64,000 nucleotides of DNA from a bacterium (GTDB lineage Bacteria; Zhuqueibacterota; Zhuqueibacteria; Zhuqueibacterales; Zhuqueibacteraceae): the NCBI GenBank assembly GCA_044869275.1, contig JBIOXB010000075.1:13120-77119 (forward strand), in the 5' to 3' direction. The translations under genes were made by a program, and so were the position numbers. The notes under the pieces were generated by a model. The model saw only the letters and a program-made list of their open reading frames with translations, did no database searches and was not told the DNA's origin. This document shows, in pieces, positions 1 to 10,400 of this stretch. The first letter of the stretch is position 1, and the number at the start of each line of letters is the position of its first letter.

Positions 1-1279
1 TGAGCACGGCGTCGCCCCTGGACAGCGCATTTAAATATATCGGCAACGCACGTTTTTGCGCAGCGCTTTTCGGCAGAGATTCGAGCGCGGCAAGTCGCAC
101 CAAATTGTCAGAATCATTGGCCAATTTTTCCAAAATCGGAAAAGCCTCGGGTGCGTCCATTACGCCGAGGGCATGAGCAATCTCCGCGCGCAAATGTTTC
201 TCGGGATGGCTCGCCCAAGGCAGAAGATCTGCGATGGCTGCCTGGCCTCGGGCTTGCGCCAAAGCGTAAGCCGCCGCTGCCGCCGCCCGCCAGTCCGCGC
301 ACATATCGACCTCCGGGGTGGGCGAGCGCAGTTGATCAGCAAGAAATACCGCCAGAGATTCGCTCACCGCGAGCTGGCCGGCTTTGCGCGCGCGCGCAGC
401 CGCGTTGCCCAGCGCGCGCAGGGCTGTCAATTGCACGTGCGGACAAGAATCGGCCACCGGCACATCCCGCGGAGAAATAAACTGGTTGCCGGGGAGGTCA
501 ATTTGGCCGAGGGCCGCTGCCGCATTCACGCGCACGCGCCAATCGCTATCCGCGTTCGCCGCGTTTTTCAACAGCGCGAACGCAAAGGGATCGCGCAGCA
601 AACCCAAGGCACGCGCGGCCTGCATGCGCACACGCGGGCTGCGATCGTTGAGTGCCGGGAACAATGCTGAAGCCGTGGTAGAATCGGACAAGCGCATGAG
701 CGCGTAGGCGGCTCGCCAGCGCACCTCTTCCGCATGGTCCTGCAGCAGAGGGCGAAGCTTGTCGCCCCAGTTTTTACCCTTCAGATTGCGCTGCGCCAAA
801 CGGCCCAGCGCCAGAGCGGTTTCTGCGCGCACGATCGGGATGTCGTCGTCGAGCTGCCGCACCAAAGTCGAGTCGATGGCGGGCGGGAGAGAATCTTTTG
901 CCACTTTGCTCAGTGCTTCAATCAGCGTGAGGCGGACTTCCAAGTCTTTTTCATCGTTGCTATGTTTCAGAATGACATTGGTCGCTGCCGGATCCGCGAT
1001 CTGCCCCAACGCAAAAGCCGCTTCGATACGCACCGCGGCATTGCTATCGTCCAACAAACCTGCCAAAGTCGGCACGGCTTGCGCATCTTGCATGCGGCCC
1101 AGCGCGACGGTCGCGCGGCGCTTTACCTCGGCGTTGGGGTGCAGGGTGAATCTCACCAGTTCGCGCACGTCCGCACGCCGGTCCGCAAGGCGCAGGATGT
1201 CTTCAAATTGCTGGTCGTAGTTTTTGCAGCCCCCCGCCGCCAGAATCACGACGGTACAAATCAGCGACGCTTTTTTCAT
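1..1279 (-). CDS. HEAT/PBS-lyase-repeat lipoprotein, partial (runs off the left edge; not in ORF track)
   Basis: Manual translation from ATG at 1279: MKKASLICTVVILAAGGC (signal peptide/lipobox-like), then helical repeats VKRRATVALGRMQD, VRIEAAFALGQIAD. Only the 5' part was translated by hand; absence from the track is consistent with an open frame running off the edge. Confidence 0.8.
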   Translation of the reverse strand, partial: MKKASLICTVVILAAGGCKNYDQQFEDILRLADRRADVRELVRFTLHPNAEVKRRATVALGRMQDAQAVPTLAGLLDDSNAAVRIEAAFALGQIADPAATNVILKHSNDEKDLEVRLTLIEALSKVAKDSLPPAIDSTLVRQLDDDIPIVRAETALALGRLAQRNLKGKNWGDKLRPLLQDHAEEVRWRAAYALMRLSDSTTASALFPALNDRSPRVRMQAARALGLLRDPFAFALLKNAANADSDWRVRVNAAAALGQIDLPGNQFISPRDVPVADSCPHVQLTALRALGNAAARARKAGQLAVSESLAVFLADQLRSPTPEVDMCADWRAAAAAAYALAQARGQAAIADLLPWASHPEKHLRAEIAHALGVMDAPEAFPILEKLANDSDNLVRLAALESLPKSAAQKRALPIYLNALSRGDAVL

Positions 1280-1698
1280 AATCCGTCCTAAGCTGTCCGT
1301 TCAGCGCAAATACAACCAAGTTCACTTGGTGAGTGAAGTGCGGGATGGCATCATGTTCTGGTGCATCGATTAGCAGCAGCGCGCGGGAAGGCGAACACAG
1401 GAAAAAACGTCATGCAGCGTTTGGGAAAGAAAGGCAAAAAGGAGGTGACGATGCGGCAATGGCCAGAGTTCATTTCTCATGATTAGGCTTCCTGATTTTG
1501 CGACGACACGCTTCCCTCGCCAAAATAACACCCTGAATAGTAACCAGCCCGCAGGCCAAATGCAAGTGATTTGACGCCGGCTTCCTGAGCAGATTTGGTT
1601 TGCATTCTTGCGAAGGCCCGCTTATACTACGTTGGGATCGCAGGCGCGAAACACAGCCGTATTTTTGTGACATTCACCGATCAGGGCAGGAGAAAGCA

Positions 1699-2688
1699 AT
1701 GACGCGAATAGGCGTTGCCGGCGTCGGCCGTTTGGGAAGCTTGCATGCGGCGCTGTATCGTGAGGTCGCCGGCGCGGCCTTTGTCGGTTTGTACGACGCC
1801 GACCAAGCCCGCGCGGCAAAGTTGGCAAGCGACCTGGGCGTGCGCAACTTCTCGTCCTTTGCCGAAATGCTGCAAGCATGCGAAGCCGTGAACATCGTGG
1901 TGCCCACGAGCTTTCACTTTGAGCTGGCCGAGCAGGCCTTGCGCACCGGGCGACACGTGTTCATTGAAAAGCCAATTACGACGACGGTTGCTCAAGCGCG
2001 GCAATTGCTGGTGTTGGCCGAGGCGCGAGGGCTGGTTTTGCAGGTCGGGCACATCGAACGCTTCAATGCCGCGATACGCGCGCTCGCCGATTTTCCCCTT
2101 GCCCCACGCTTTATCGAATCGCATCGCATGGCCTCGTTCGATCCGCGCGGTACGGACGTGGCGGTCGTGTTGGATCTCATGATTCACGACATCGACATCA
2201 TTTTGAGTTTGGTCAAAAGCCCGCTCGCGCAAGCGCATGCCAACGGCGTGGCCGTGGTCTCATATGAGCCCGACATTGCCAACGCGCGTTTGCAATTTGA
2301 AAACGGCTGTGTTGCGAATGTCACTGCGAGCCGCATTTCACAGAAAAAAATGCGCAAAATGCGCCTGTTTCAACGTGACGCCTACGTCTCGATCGATTTT
2401 CTGCAGGGCTTGAGTGAGGTATTTCGCATGGTCTCGCCGGAGGAAGCGAGCGGCCGCCTGTCGTTTCCGGTGGTCCTGGGCAAGATCGAACAAGGCGCCC
2501 GGCCGCGGCATATTCTTTACGAAAAACTGGAGGCGCCGGAAGGCAATGCGCTGAAAATGGAAATCGAAAGTTTCCTTGCCGCCATTCAAAACAATACGCC
2601 GCCACCGGTTACCGGCGAAGATGGCATGCGCGCGCTGGAAGTCGCCACGAAGATTACTGAAATGATCAAGGAGCAAATCGAAAGGTAA
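1699..2688 (+). CDS. Gfo/Idh/MocA family oxidoreductase
   Basis: RIGVAGVGRLG Rossmann motif, HVFIEKP, VGHIERFN, DLMIHDID; RBS AGGAG before ATG 1699 (ORF track starts at 1600). Confidence 0.9.
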   Translation: MTRIGVAGVGRLGSLHAALYREVAGAAFVGLYDADQARAAKLASDLGVRNFSSFAEMLQACEAVNIVVPTSFHFELAEQALRTGRHVFIEKPITTTVAQARQLLVLAEARGLVLQVGHIERFNAAIRALADFPLAPRFIESHRMASFDPRGTDVAVVLDLMIHDIDIILSLVKSPLAQAHANGVAVVSYEPDIANARLQFENGCVANVTASRISQKKMRKMRLFQRDAYVSIDFLQGLSEVFRMVSPEEASGRLSFPVVLGKIEQGARPRHILYEKLEAPEGNALKMEIESFLAAIQNNTPPPVTGEDGMRALEVATKITEMIKEQIER

Positions 2689-2750
2689 AGCCGTCTGCCG
2701 GGACACAAGCCCGGGTTTCCTGCCCAACCTCCATCCCCCCGGCAAAAAGC

Positions 2751-4448
2751 TCAGGCGCGTGCGATCATGACCAGAACGCTCTGATCATCCTGCGGCCGCC
2801 AGACCCCGGCGGCAAGCGCGGCGGCATAAGGCAAATCTTTCAGCACCAGGCCCAGCAGTTGGGAGGCAGAAAGATTTTTCGCAGCAAAAACACCTGAAGT
2901 GGCGCACTCGATCAAGCGTGTGAGGCCATAGGGTTTGCCATCTGCGCCCGTGGCTTCGGTGACACCGTCGGTGTAAAAAATCAGTGCCGCGCCCGCGGGA
3001 ATGGCGATTTCTATCTCTGCGATGGGATTGCTCTCCAGCACTCCGAGCGCCGCGCCGCTGCTGCGTAACAACTCGAAACGCGGGGCAGCGGTGGACGGAT
3101 AAATCATCACGCCGGGATTGTGCCCGGCATTGACGTACAGCAACACGCCGCGTTGCAGATTCAACACGCCCAGGAACAGAGTGGTAAAAGCCGCTGTCGA
3201 ACGCATGTCGAAAACGAGTTGATTCAATCCTTGCGCCCACGCTTCGGGGCGTGATTCATACAGCACATGTAAACGAAAATACGCCTGCAGACGATCGCGC
3301 ATTTTCGCCGCCGCCGTACCTTTGCCGGCAACGTCTCCGATCGCTATGGCCAGCTCCGTCTCATTGATCGCCATCACCTCCAAATAATCTCCGCCCGCAG
3401 CGCCGGCGCCGGAGGTCCGGGAAGCATAGGCGAGGTCATATGGCGGAACTGCAAGCGGACGGATATCGCCCTGGCCCAATCTCATGGGCACCTCGGGCTC
3501 GGCTTCGTGGTCGCGGTCGTCTTGATGATCTTCGTCTCGGCAGATTTGCGCCATGCAAATCGCCGATCGTTCGACCAGCTTCTGCAGCCCTTGCGCCTCC
3601 TGCCAGGTCAAGCTGCCTTTCGCCTGCGCATCTTCCAAAAGCAGCACACCGGCGGGCGCGCCGGGCTGATCAAATGCGCGCAGGGGGATTCCCAAAATGC
3701 GATGCGCACGGCCGGCGATCGCCAGCAGATTTTCCCATCCCAGATCCTTGGTTTCGGCGCGCTCACGCAAGATGATGCTGCCGCTTTGAAAAACCTTTTC
3801 AGCCAAGGGGTGCCAGGGCGCATGCGAGAGCGGCGTACGAGTCTCCTGGCCTGCATTCATTTGATGCTTCAGAGTTAGTTCACCGGAAATCTCTGGAAGC
3901 CAAAGGGAGGCGACGCCGGCACTCGATAATCGCAACGCGCCCCGGAGAAAGTGATGCATCAACAGTTCCCGCCATCTCTTCTCGTCGTGTTTCCTCATTT
4001 CAATGCTGGGTGCAGCCTTCGGCGTGTCAGGCTGAGCAGCTGCGCGTGGAGGTGCCGGCGGTGGTTCCTTCTCTCCGGCGGTATATTCCGTCAAAAAGAA
4101 AAACAACAGCACCGGCCCGATCTGCAGGTAATCCAGATTCTGCAACTCTTTCTTGCCCAACTTCTGGCCGTTGATGAACAAGCCGTTCTTGCTGCCACAG
4201 TCTTCGACATGATAAACCCCCTCCACAAATCGCAGACGTAAATGCTGGCGCGAGACCCCCTCAACAGAGAGAACCAGATCGTTCTCCGCGTTCCGGCCGA
4301 CCGTGAAATCGCGCAATGGCAAAGCCACGGTTTGATCATGGCCAAGATGATTCAACACGCGCAAATGAGCGTGGTAGAGTATTTGATGGCAAGTTTGGCA
4401 GGTTATATATTGGCAAGTTTGTGAGGTCTGGCAGCACGGGCGATTCAT
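2751..4448 (-). CDS. FHA domain + GAF-like region + SpoIIE/PP2C Ser/Thr phosphatase
   Basis: FHA motifs VGR..ND, VSRQH, DCGSKNG; PP2C motifs GGDY, GDVAGKG, NAGH, YTDG, DDQS. Start uncertain. Confidence 0.85.
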   Translation of the reverse strand: MNRPCCQTSQTCQYITCQTCHQILYHAHLRVLNHLGHDQTVALPLRDFTVGRNAENDLVLSVEGVSRQHLRLRFVEGVYHVEDCGSKNGLFINGQKLGKKELQNLDYLQIGPVLLFFFLTEYTAGEKEPPPAPPRAAAQPDTPKAAPSIEMRKHDEKRWRELLMHHFLRGALRLSSAGVASLWLPEISGELTLKHQMNAGQETRTPLSHAPWHPLAEKVFQSGSIILRERAETKDLGWENLLAIAGRAHRILGIPLRAFDQPGAPAGVLLLEDAQAKGSLTWQEAQGLQKLVERSAICMAQICRDEDHQDDRDHEAEPEVPMRLGQGDIRPLAVPPYDLAYASRTSGAGAAGGDYLEVMAINETELAIAIGDVAGKGTAAAKMRDRLQAYFRLHVLYESRPEAWAQGLNQLVFDMRSTAAFTTLFLGVLNLQRGVLLYVNAGHNPGVMIYPSTAAPRFELLRSSGAALGVLESNPIAEIEIAIPAGAALIFYTDGVTEATGADGKPYGLTRLIECATSGVFAAKNLSASQLLGLVLKDLPYAAALAAGVWRPQDDQSVLVMIARA

Positions 4449-4526
4449 GGTACTTCAAACTCGTGATCATGTGGAAATATTCTTGTCAAACAGGCCTCCT
4501 GCGGCCTCGAGATGGTGATGATGTTC

Positions 4527-7466
4527 TCAAGAGAGCAACCTCGCTCTCACCGCGGCCAATGCCTGTTGAAATTCCAGCGCATTTTGATAGCGCTCGTCCG
4601 GATTTTTCGCCAGCGCGCGTTGCAGCACTTCATCCAATTCCATAGGAATTTCCACGTTTTCCAGGCTCGGCGGAATATGCGGCTTGTGTACGATTTTATA
4701 GGCCAGCGCGGCCAGGGAGTCCGCAACGAACGGCCTTTTGCCGGCGATCAATTCGTACAGCACGATGCCGAGTGAAAACAAGTCGGCGCGGCCGTCAGTG
4801 TCCTGCCCCTCGATTTGCTCGGGCGCCATGTAGCTCGGTGTTCCCAAAACCCGTCCAGTTTGTGTGAGTGAAAGATAATTGCTGATTTTCGCTATGCCGA
4901 AGTCGGTGACCTTGGTTTCATCATTCTCCAAGAGCATGATGTTCGAGGGCTTGACGTCACGATGGAACACCCCCGAACGGTGCGCATATTCCATCGCCTC
5001 GCACACTTGCATCACGATGTGCAAAGCGCGCTCGCACTCCAAGAGGCGCTCGGCCTCCAAAACCTGCTTAAGATCGCGGCCTTCGAGATACTCCATCACC
5101 AAGTAAGAAAATTCCGGCTGGTCGTCGACGTCATACACAATCACGATGTTGGGATGGCTCAATTTGGCAATGGCCCGCGCTTCGCGATAAATGCGATCTT
5201 TCAACCCGGCGATTTCCTGTGTCGAAGTGGCGAAGCCGTATTGTACGGTTTTGAGCACCACGGTGCGATCCAGTTTCGGATCCCAGGCTTTATAAATTCT
5301 TCCCGTCGTCCCTTTCGCGATTTCCTTTCCAATAATGTAGCGGCCGATGCGAGCTGCGGAAAGTGCCGAGATTTCCATCGTGCGCGTGGCGAGAAGCATG
5401 GCCGTTTCCGCCGGCAACCCTGGTGCGGCCGGTGTTGCAGACAGCGTTGCGGCCTGCCCGCATGCAATCGGCTCGTCCATCATTTCTTTCACGCCCGCGA
5501 CGAGGCCCATCGTGGTCATTTCCATGAGCTCTTCGTGGTGGATTTCGGCGGAGTGTTCGCGAAGCGCAAGCGCATCGGAAGAAAGCGCAGGCATGGTTAC
5601 CGTGCGCGGATCGGGTGCGAAATCAAGCACGGGAGTTTTGTCTTCCGTTCTGCCGTTTGCGTGCGGAAGTGCAGGGACAGCCTCTACACGCTTCACCGGT
5701 AGCAGGCCAGTTTCAGAAGTCTGGAGTCCTGCTTCCTCATGGCCGTCGCGCGCCGGACTCGCCTCCACGTTCAGTTCATTGTTTCCAGAATGCCCGTTTT
5801 CATTAGCTTCGTCGAGCGGAGCCAGCGCTCCAGAAATCATCTCAGCAAACAACATTTCGGTCTGCAGGCCAATGGGCGGTGCGGCTTTCTCCGGAGCGGG
5901 CGCGGGTTGGAGCCCGGCTTCAGATTCGGGCACGATGCTATCTTCAACCACGGCCGGAGCCGGCACGTTGCCATTTTGAGAATTGTGCGTTACCTCCTCG
6001 ACTAACCGCTTGGACTTATGCGCCGGCGAGGTGAAAGCCAATCCTGAAGATTCGAGCTCCGCCGGCGGTGCTGCAGCGCGATGCAGCATGCGCTGCGACT
6101 CGTTCGCCGTTTGTTCATCTCGTGCCGCAGCCGGCAAAGGCGTCTGCGTTTGGCGCTTTTTATCCTTTGCCCTTTTCCTTTTTCGTCGCGAAGGTGCCCG
6201 CAGTACCGGCCGCAACTCTTGAACTCCGCTTTTTTCTCCTGGCTGTTTGCTTTTCCAGGACCGGCCGAAAAGTCCGATTCTCAAAAGCATTTTTTCCAAA
6301 GCAAAACGCAACGCCAGTGCTTTGTGCGGAAAGAACTTCCACCACATCATGAACAGGATGGACGCCAAACCCGCCAAACCCCAGATTCCCAAAGAAAAGT
6401 CTTGGTGGCGTACAGTTTTTCCTGCTTCGCTTGTGGCCCGCTTTTCCAGTGCAGCGGTTTCAGACGAATCTCTGGCTTGAACGAGGGGTTCGATTTTCGT
6501 CTGGCCCGGCGAAGGCGGCGTTAGCGCACGCTCCGGCGCCTTAGTTTTTGAAGCCGGAGCTTTTTCCGGAGTGAAGGTTCTGGGGGAGGCTTTCGGTTTT
6601 GCCTCCACCTCGGCACGCGCCGGCTTGGCAATTTTGGGCGGCGGTGCGTTCCCCGTGTTTTTCGTCGGAGCTTTGCTCACAGCTGGTTTTATTTCTTGAG
6701 TAGAAACTTTTCCACGCTTCTCAAGCTGTTTTCCAGCGGGAGCGGCCGGGGAGACAGGGGCCGCCGCTGCCGCCAATTGCGCTATCCGGAGATTGACGCG
6801 GTTCAAATTGTTTTGCGCTTCGCTGCGACTGGGCGCCAGCGCCAGGGCCTGGCTGTAATGCTCTTTTGCGGCAAGCCATTGCCCCTTGCTTTCATAAGCC
6901 GCGCCGAGGTTATTGTGATTCTGCGCCGAAGGCTGCAGCGCGATCAACCGCAAACCGGTGCTGATGGCTTGATCATACTCGCCCAATTGTTGATAAGCGA
7001 CCGTCGCCGTCGCCAGGCAGGGTACGGAATTCGAATCGTGTTTCAAACCGGCAAGCGCGGCTTCAACCGCGGAAATCAGCTTGCCGCGCCCGAAGCGCTG
7101 AGAGGCGATGGTGGCATAGGCGGAAGCCAAAATCTTGCGCAAGCTGGTTTTTTGCGTGAGCACCTCGTCCAGCACCACGACGCGCTCGAATCGCGCTGCG
7201 GCCGAATCCAATTGCGCGAGTTGATAGAACTCGCGGCCGAGTTCATAGTGCAGCTCTGCGGCCAACGGAAAACGTGCCGAGGCTTCACGCAACGCCGCCA
7301 GGCGTTCTGGGGCCTTCTTTTTCTTGATGGCCTTTTCAAATAGCGCATGCGCGGCTTTGGCGTCGTCTTTGTCCTGGGCGCGCACAAGATGATCGGGCCA
7401 CGCGCTCAACAAAAAGGCAAGCACCAGAGCGGCAGCGACAGAGTTGTTTGGAAAATAGATCTTCAA
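4527..7466 (-). CDS. Membrane Ser/Thr protein kinase with N-terminal exported TPR domain and C-terminal Hanks-type kinase domain
   Basis: Signal-like N-terminus, TPRs (NNLGAAYE...YSQALALAP), Pro/Lys linker, TM LGIWGLAGLASILFMMWW, kinase motifs VVLK, HRDVKPSN, DFG, YMAPEQ. Probable TTG start at 7466 overlaps the upstream stop (ORF track start 7520). Confidence 0.88.
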   Translation of the reverse strand: MKIYFPNNSVAAALVLAFLLSAWPDHLVRAQDKDDAKAAHALFEKAIKKKKAPERLAALREASARFPLAAELHYELGREFYQLAQLDSAAARFERVVVLDEVLTQKTSLRKILASAYATIASQRFGRGKLISAVEAALAGLKHDSNSVPCLATATVAYQQLGEYDQAISTGLRLIALQPSAQNHNNLGAAYESKGQWLAAKEHYSQALALAPSRSEAQNNLNRVNLRIAQLAAAAAPVSPAAPAGKQLEKRGKVSTQEIKPAVSKAPTKNTGNAPPPKIAKPARAEVEAKPKASPRTFTPEKAPASKTKAPERALTPPSPGQTKIEPLVQARDSSETAALEKRATSEAGKTVRHQDFSLGIWGLAGLASILFMMWWKFFPHKALALRFALEKMLLRIGLFGRSWKSKQPGEKSGVQELRPVLRAPSRRKRKRAKDKKRQTQTPLPAAARDEQTANESQRMLHRAAAPPAELESSGLAFTSPAHKSKRLVEEVTHNSQNGNVPAPAVVEDSIVPESEAGLQPAPAPEKAAPPIGLQTEMLFAEMISGALAPLDEANENGHSGNNELNVEASPARDGHEEAGLQTSETGLLPVKRVEAVPALPHANGRTEDKTPVLDFAPDPRTVTMPALSSDALALREHSAEIHHEELMEMTTMGLVAGVKEMMDEPIACGQAATLSATPAAPGLPAETAMLLATRTMEISALSAARIGRYIIGKEIAKGTTGRIYKAWDPKLDRTVVLKTVQYGFATSTQEIAGLKDRIYREARAIAKLSHPNIVIVYDVDDQPEFSYLVMEYLEGRDLKQVLEAERLLECERALHIVMQVCEAMEYAHRSGVFHRDVKPSNIMLLENDETKVTDFGIAKISNYLSLTQTGRVLGTPSYMAPEQIEGQDTDGRADLFSLGIVLYELIAGKRPFVADSLAALAYKIVHKPHIPPSLENVEIPMELDEVLQRALAKNPDERYQNALEFQQALAAVRARLLS

Positions 7467-10400
7467 TGGAGTAAAATGATTTTTCGTATGGCGTTGAATT
7501 GCCCGGATTTCATGCGGCAAAAATAAACCCCGGCCGCCACCATCTGGCCGGCATCGTCACGGCCATTCCAGAGAATCTCGTGATGCCCCGCGCCGAGGTG
7601 CTGGTGCAACAATGAGCGCACGGGCTGGCCCAACACATTCCAAATCGTCAATTCCACTTCCGTTTCCACCGGCAAGCTGAAGCGCATGGTGCTGGCGGCC
7701 TGGGCATGTGCTTGCAGCCTCGCAGGATTCGGATAACTTGGGGCCAGGGAAAAAGCCTGCGGCAGCGCCGCAGCGAGCAAGCCGGTCTTGTTGAGCTCGT
7801 CTTGGCTGCCGGCCCACAAAGTAAATCGTCGCGGTGCTGCAGCGCTACGCAGCGCAAGACTTTGCGCGCGGCCGTTTTCATCGAAATCAATTTCACGCAC
7901 TAGGCCGTCCTCATCTTGCAGCAGCATCTTCCCATCGCCTGGAAACTCGCCGGTGAGCTGGAAATCCAAAGTCAAAGCTTTGCCCGCTTGTGCCGCCAAA
8001 ACCTCGAACACCCATTTTTCGACCGCCGCCGCGGGTGGGCGAAAATCAGTGGTAAAATCGCCCTTGAATTCCTGCCAATGTTCTTGTGGGAAACGCAGTG
8101 ATACAAACTCACCCGCGGCCGGCGGTGGCTCGCTCAGTTCCATCCCATCCCATCCCTCGTGGGCGTACGTGGAAACGCCCAGCCAGTTTTGCGTGTCCGC
8201 AAACTCATCGTTGCGCAGGGTCAATTGCAGTTGCCAAATGAATGGTGCCGCCGCGATCGTTGCCGGCCCTGGGATATCCTCTGCGGCGTAAGCCGGCGTT
8301 TCTTGAACATTGCGCCGTTCGCCGGCCGGCGAGGAGACTCCCGCCCGCGCGGGGATGTCGCTCGTCGTGCTGTTGACTGGCGAGTTCGTTGCGCAACCGG
8401 CGCATTGCGGCGGAATCACCAGCGTTTGCGGCTGCCCGCTCAAATTGCGAACAAAATATCCTTGCCATGGCTGCATCACCGCGCGATGCGCGAGATATTG
8501 TTTGCCATTGAATGCCCACAGTTGCGCTTCGACCAGAGGCGGTCTTTGCACGGTACTCCAGTCCGTGGGAAAGTCAAAAGGCGTGGCAATCAAATTCCAG
8601 CCGGGCTGCAATTCCAGCAAGAAATCTTGTGCGGTAGTAACGGAAAAACCGACACCGGCATCGAAGGCTTGCGGTTTCGCAGTAATCAGCCAGTATGCGC
8701 GGCCAGGCTCCAGTGGTTGAAATTCAGGTTTGCCAAATTCGATGTTGCCGGCTCGCGGCGCGTAAGCATAAAGCCGCCAGCCCATGGGATCGTATGCACC
8801 CAGGTTATCTGCAAACACCGCCTCGGGCGAATTGGAGAAAAGCCGGTACGGAATCGAAACGAGCTGATAATATTTCCCCCGGGTCGTGGTGGGCGCAGGA
8901 ATTTGTTGCGATTTCACCACCACCGCATGCACGGCGCGGGGATCCGCATTCACCGTTGACCGTCCCACATTGCCGGCCGAATCCGCGGCAAGTATCACAT
9001 ACTGCAAACCTGGAGATCGAATTGCGGCGCCTGGAATGGACGCAACAAATTCGCCGCCCTCTGCAGGCATCAGAATTTCAGAAAAATCGGAAAGGCCGGT
9101 GGTGCGGAAGAGCACACGAACGCTCGCAATACCCCCCAGCTGATCGCGTGCGGTGGCGCGCACAGAAGATGTCTCTTCGGCTGCAACGGTGTCCAACGGC
9201 GTATGCGAAAGCGTGGGCGGCGTATGATCGACACGAAAGCTGGCGGTCGCTGAGGTCGCGGTATTGCCCGCGCTATCGAATGCGGCGATGCGCCAGTCAT
9301 ACTTTCTTTCCGCGAGCACGGTGTCCAGCTTGAAGGCGCGCGCGGCGCCGGGCAAACGCCTAATAGTTCTGCCCGCGAGAATCAAATCATGGCGCGCAAT
9401 GTTGCTGAGTGCATCGGTGGCCGGTTGCCACTCAAAGCGCAGCGTGTCATTGCCAGCCCAGGCAAAGGCGTTGCCGGCATGCAGCTTGCTTGGCGGTTGC
9501 GGCGCTGAGGCGTCATAACGACAATCAACACGAATGGCGGTGCGATAATCGACATTGCCGCTACCATCAACAAGCCAAACATAAAATGGCACCTTGCCTT
9601 CGCGCGGCGCCAGCAGGCTGACCTCTTGTATCGTCTGGCCAGCGGGTGGAAGCGCCAATTCACCATCCCGATTGCCGTCGGGCGGCGAGTCCATTTTGTA
9701 AAACGCCCCGGTAATGCCGCTGGGATCGAAAGGATTCTGCCAGCGGACGGTGAAGCCGGCCAACCGGCTCCAGTTCGCGGGAGTGATGGTCACCACTTGC
9801 GGTGAAGCAGGCGCGGTGGCATCCGGTGCGCCCAAGTTATACACCCGCAACAAAAACTGCTGCGTGGTGACGGCCTGTGACAAATCTTGGGCGTGCAACG
9901 TGATCACGTGCACTCCCGCATCCGGCAGGCGGGGCGTGCCGTGCAACCTTTCATTCGCCGCATCCCAAGTTAACCAAGCCGGCGCCTGCGCGATGGTGAT
10001 GGTCACACGATCGCCGGCGTCGATATCTTGTGCGGTCACCTGGTATTGATACAGAGAATCTACGAATGCGACGGTATCCATTTCGCCGGTGAATGTGGGC
10101 GGATCATTGCTATTCGCGACGCGCAAAGTAAAGCGCTGCTGATCGCGTGCATTCTTGCGGTCGCGCACTTCCAGGGAAACGCTGTGCTCGCCGACGTGAT
10201 CGTTGCTCGGTGTTCCGCTCAACAGGCGGGTCAAACTGTCCAACTGCAGCCAGGCCGGCGCTTGCTGGAGTGTGAGCCGCAATTCCTCGTCCGGATCAGG
10301 GTCGTTGATGGCGATTTGATAACGATACAGCGAATCCTCTGGGATGGTGGTTGGTGGCGTGGAGGTGAATCTTGGTCGCGTGTTGCTGAGATCAACCGGA

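Noticed and set aside
56..1291. Plus-strand ORFs 56-670 and 734-1291
   Set aside because: Shadows of the minus-strand HEAT-repeat gene that starts at 1279.
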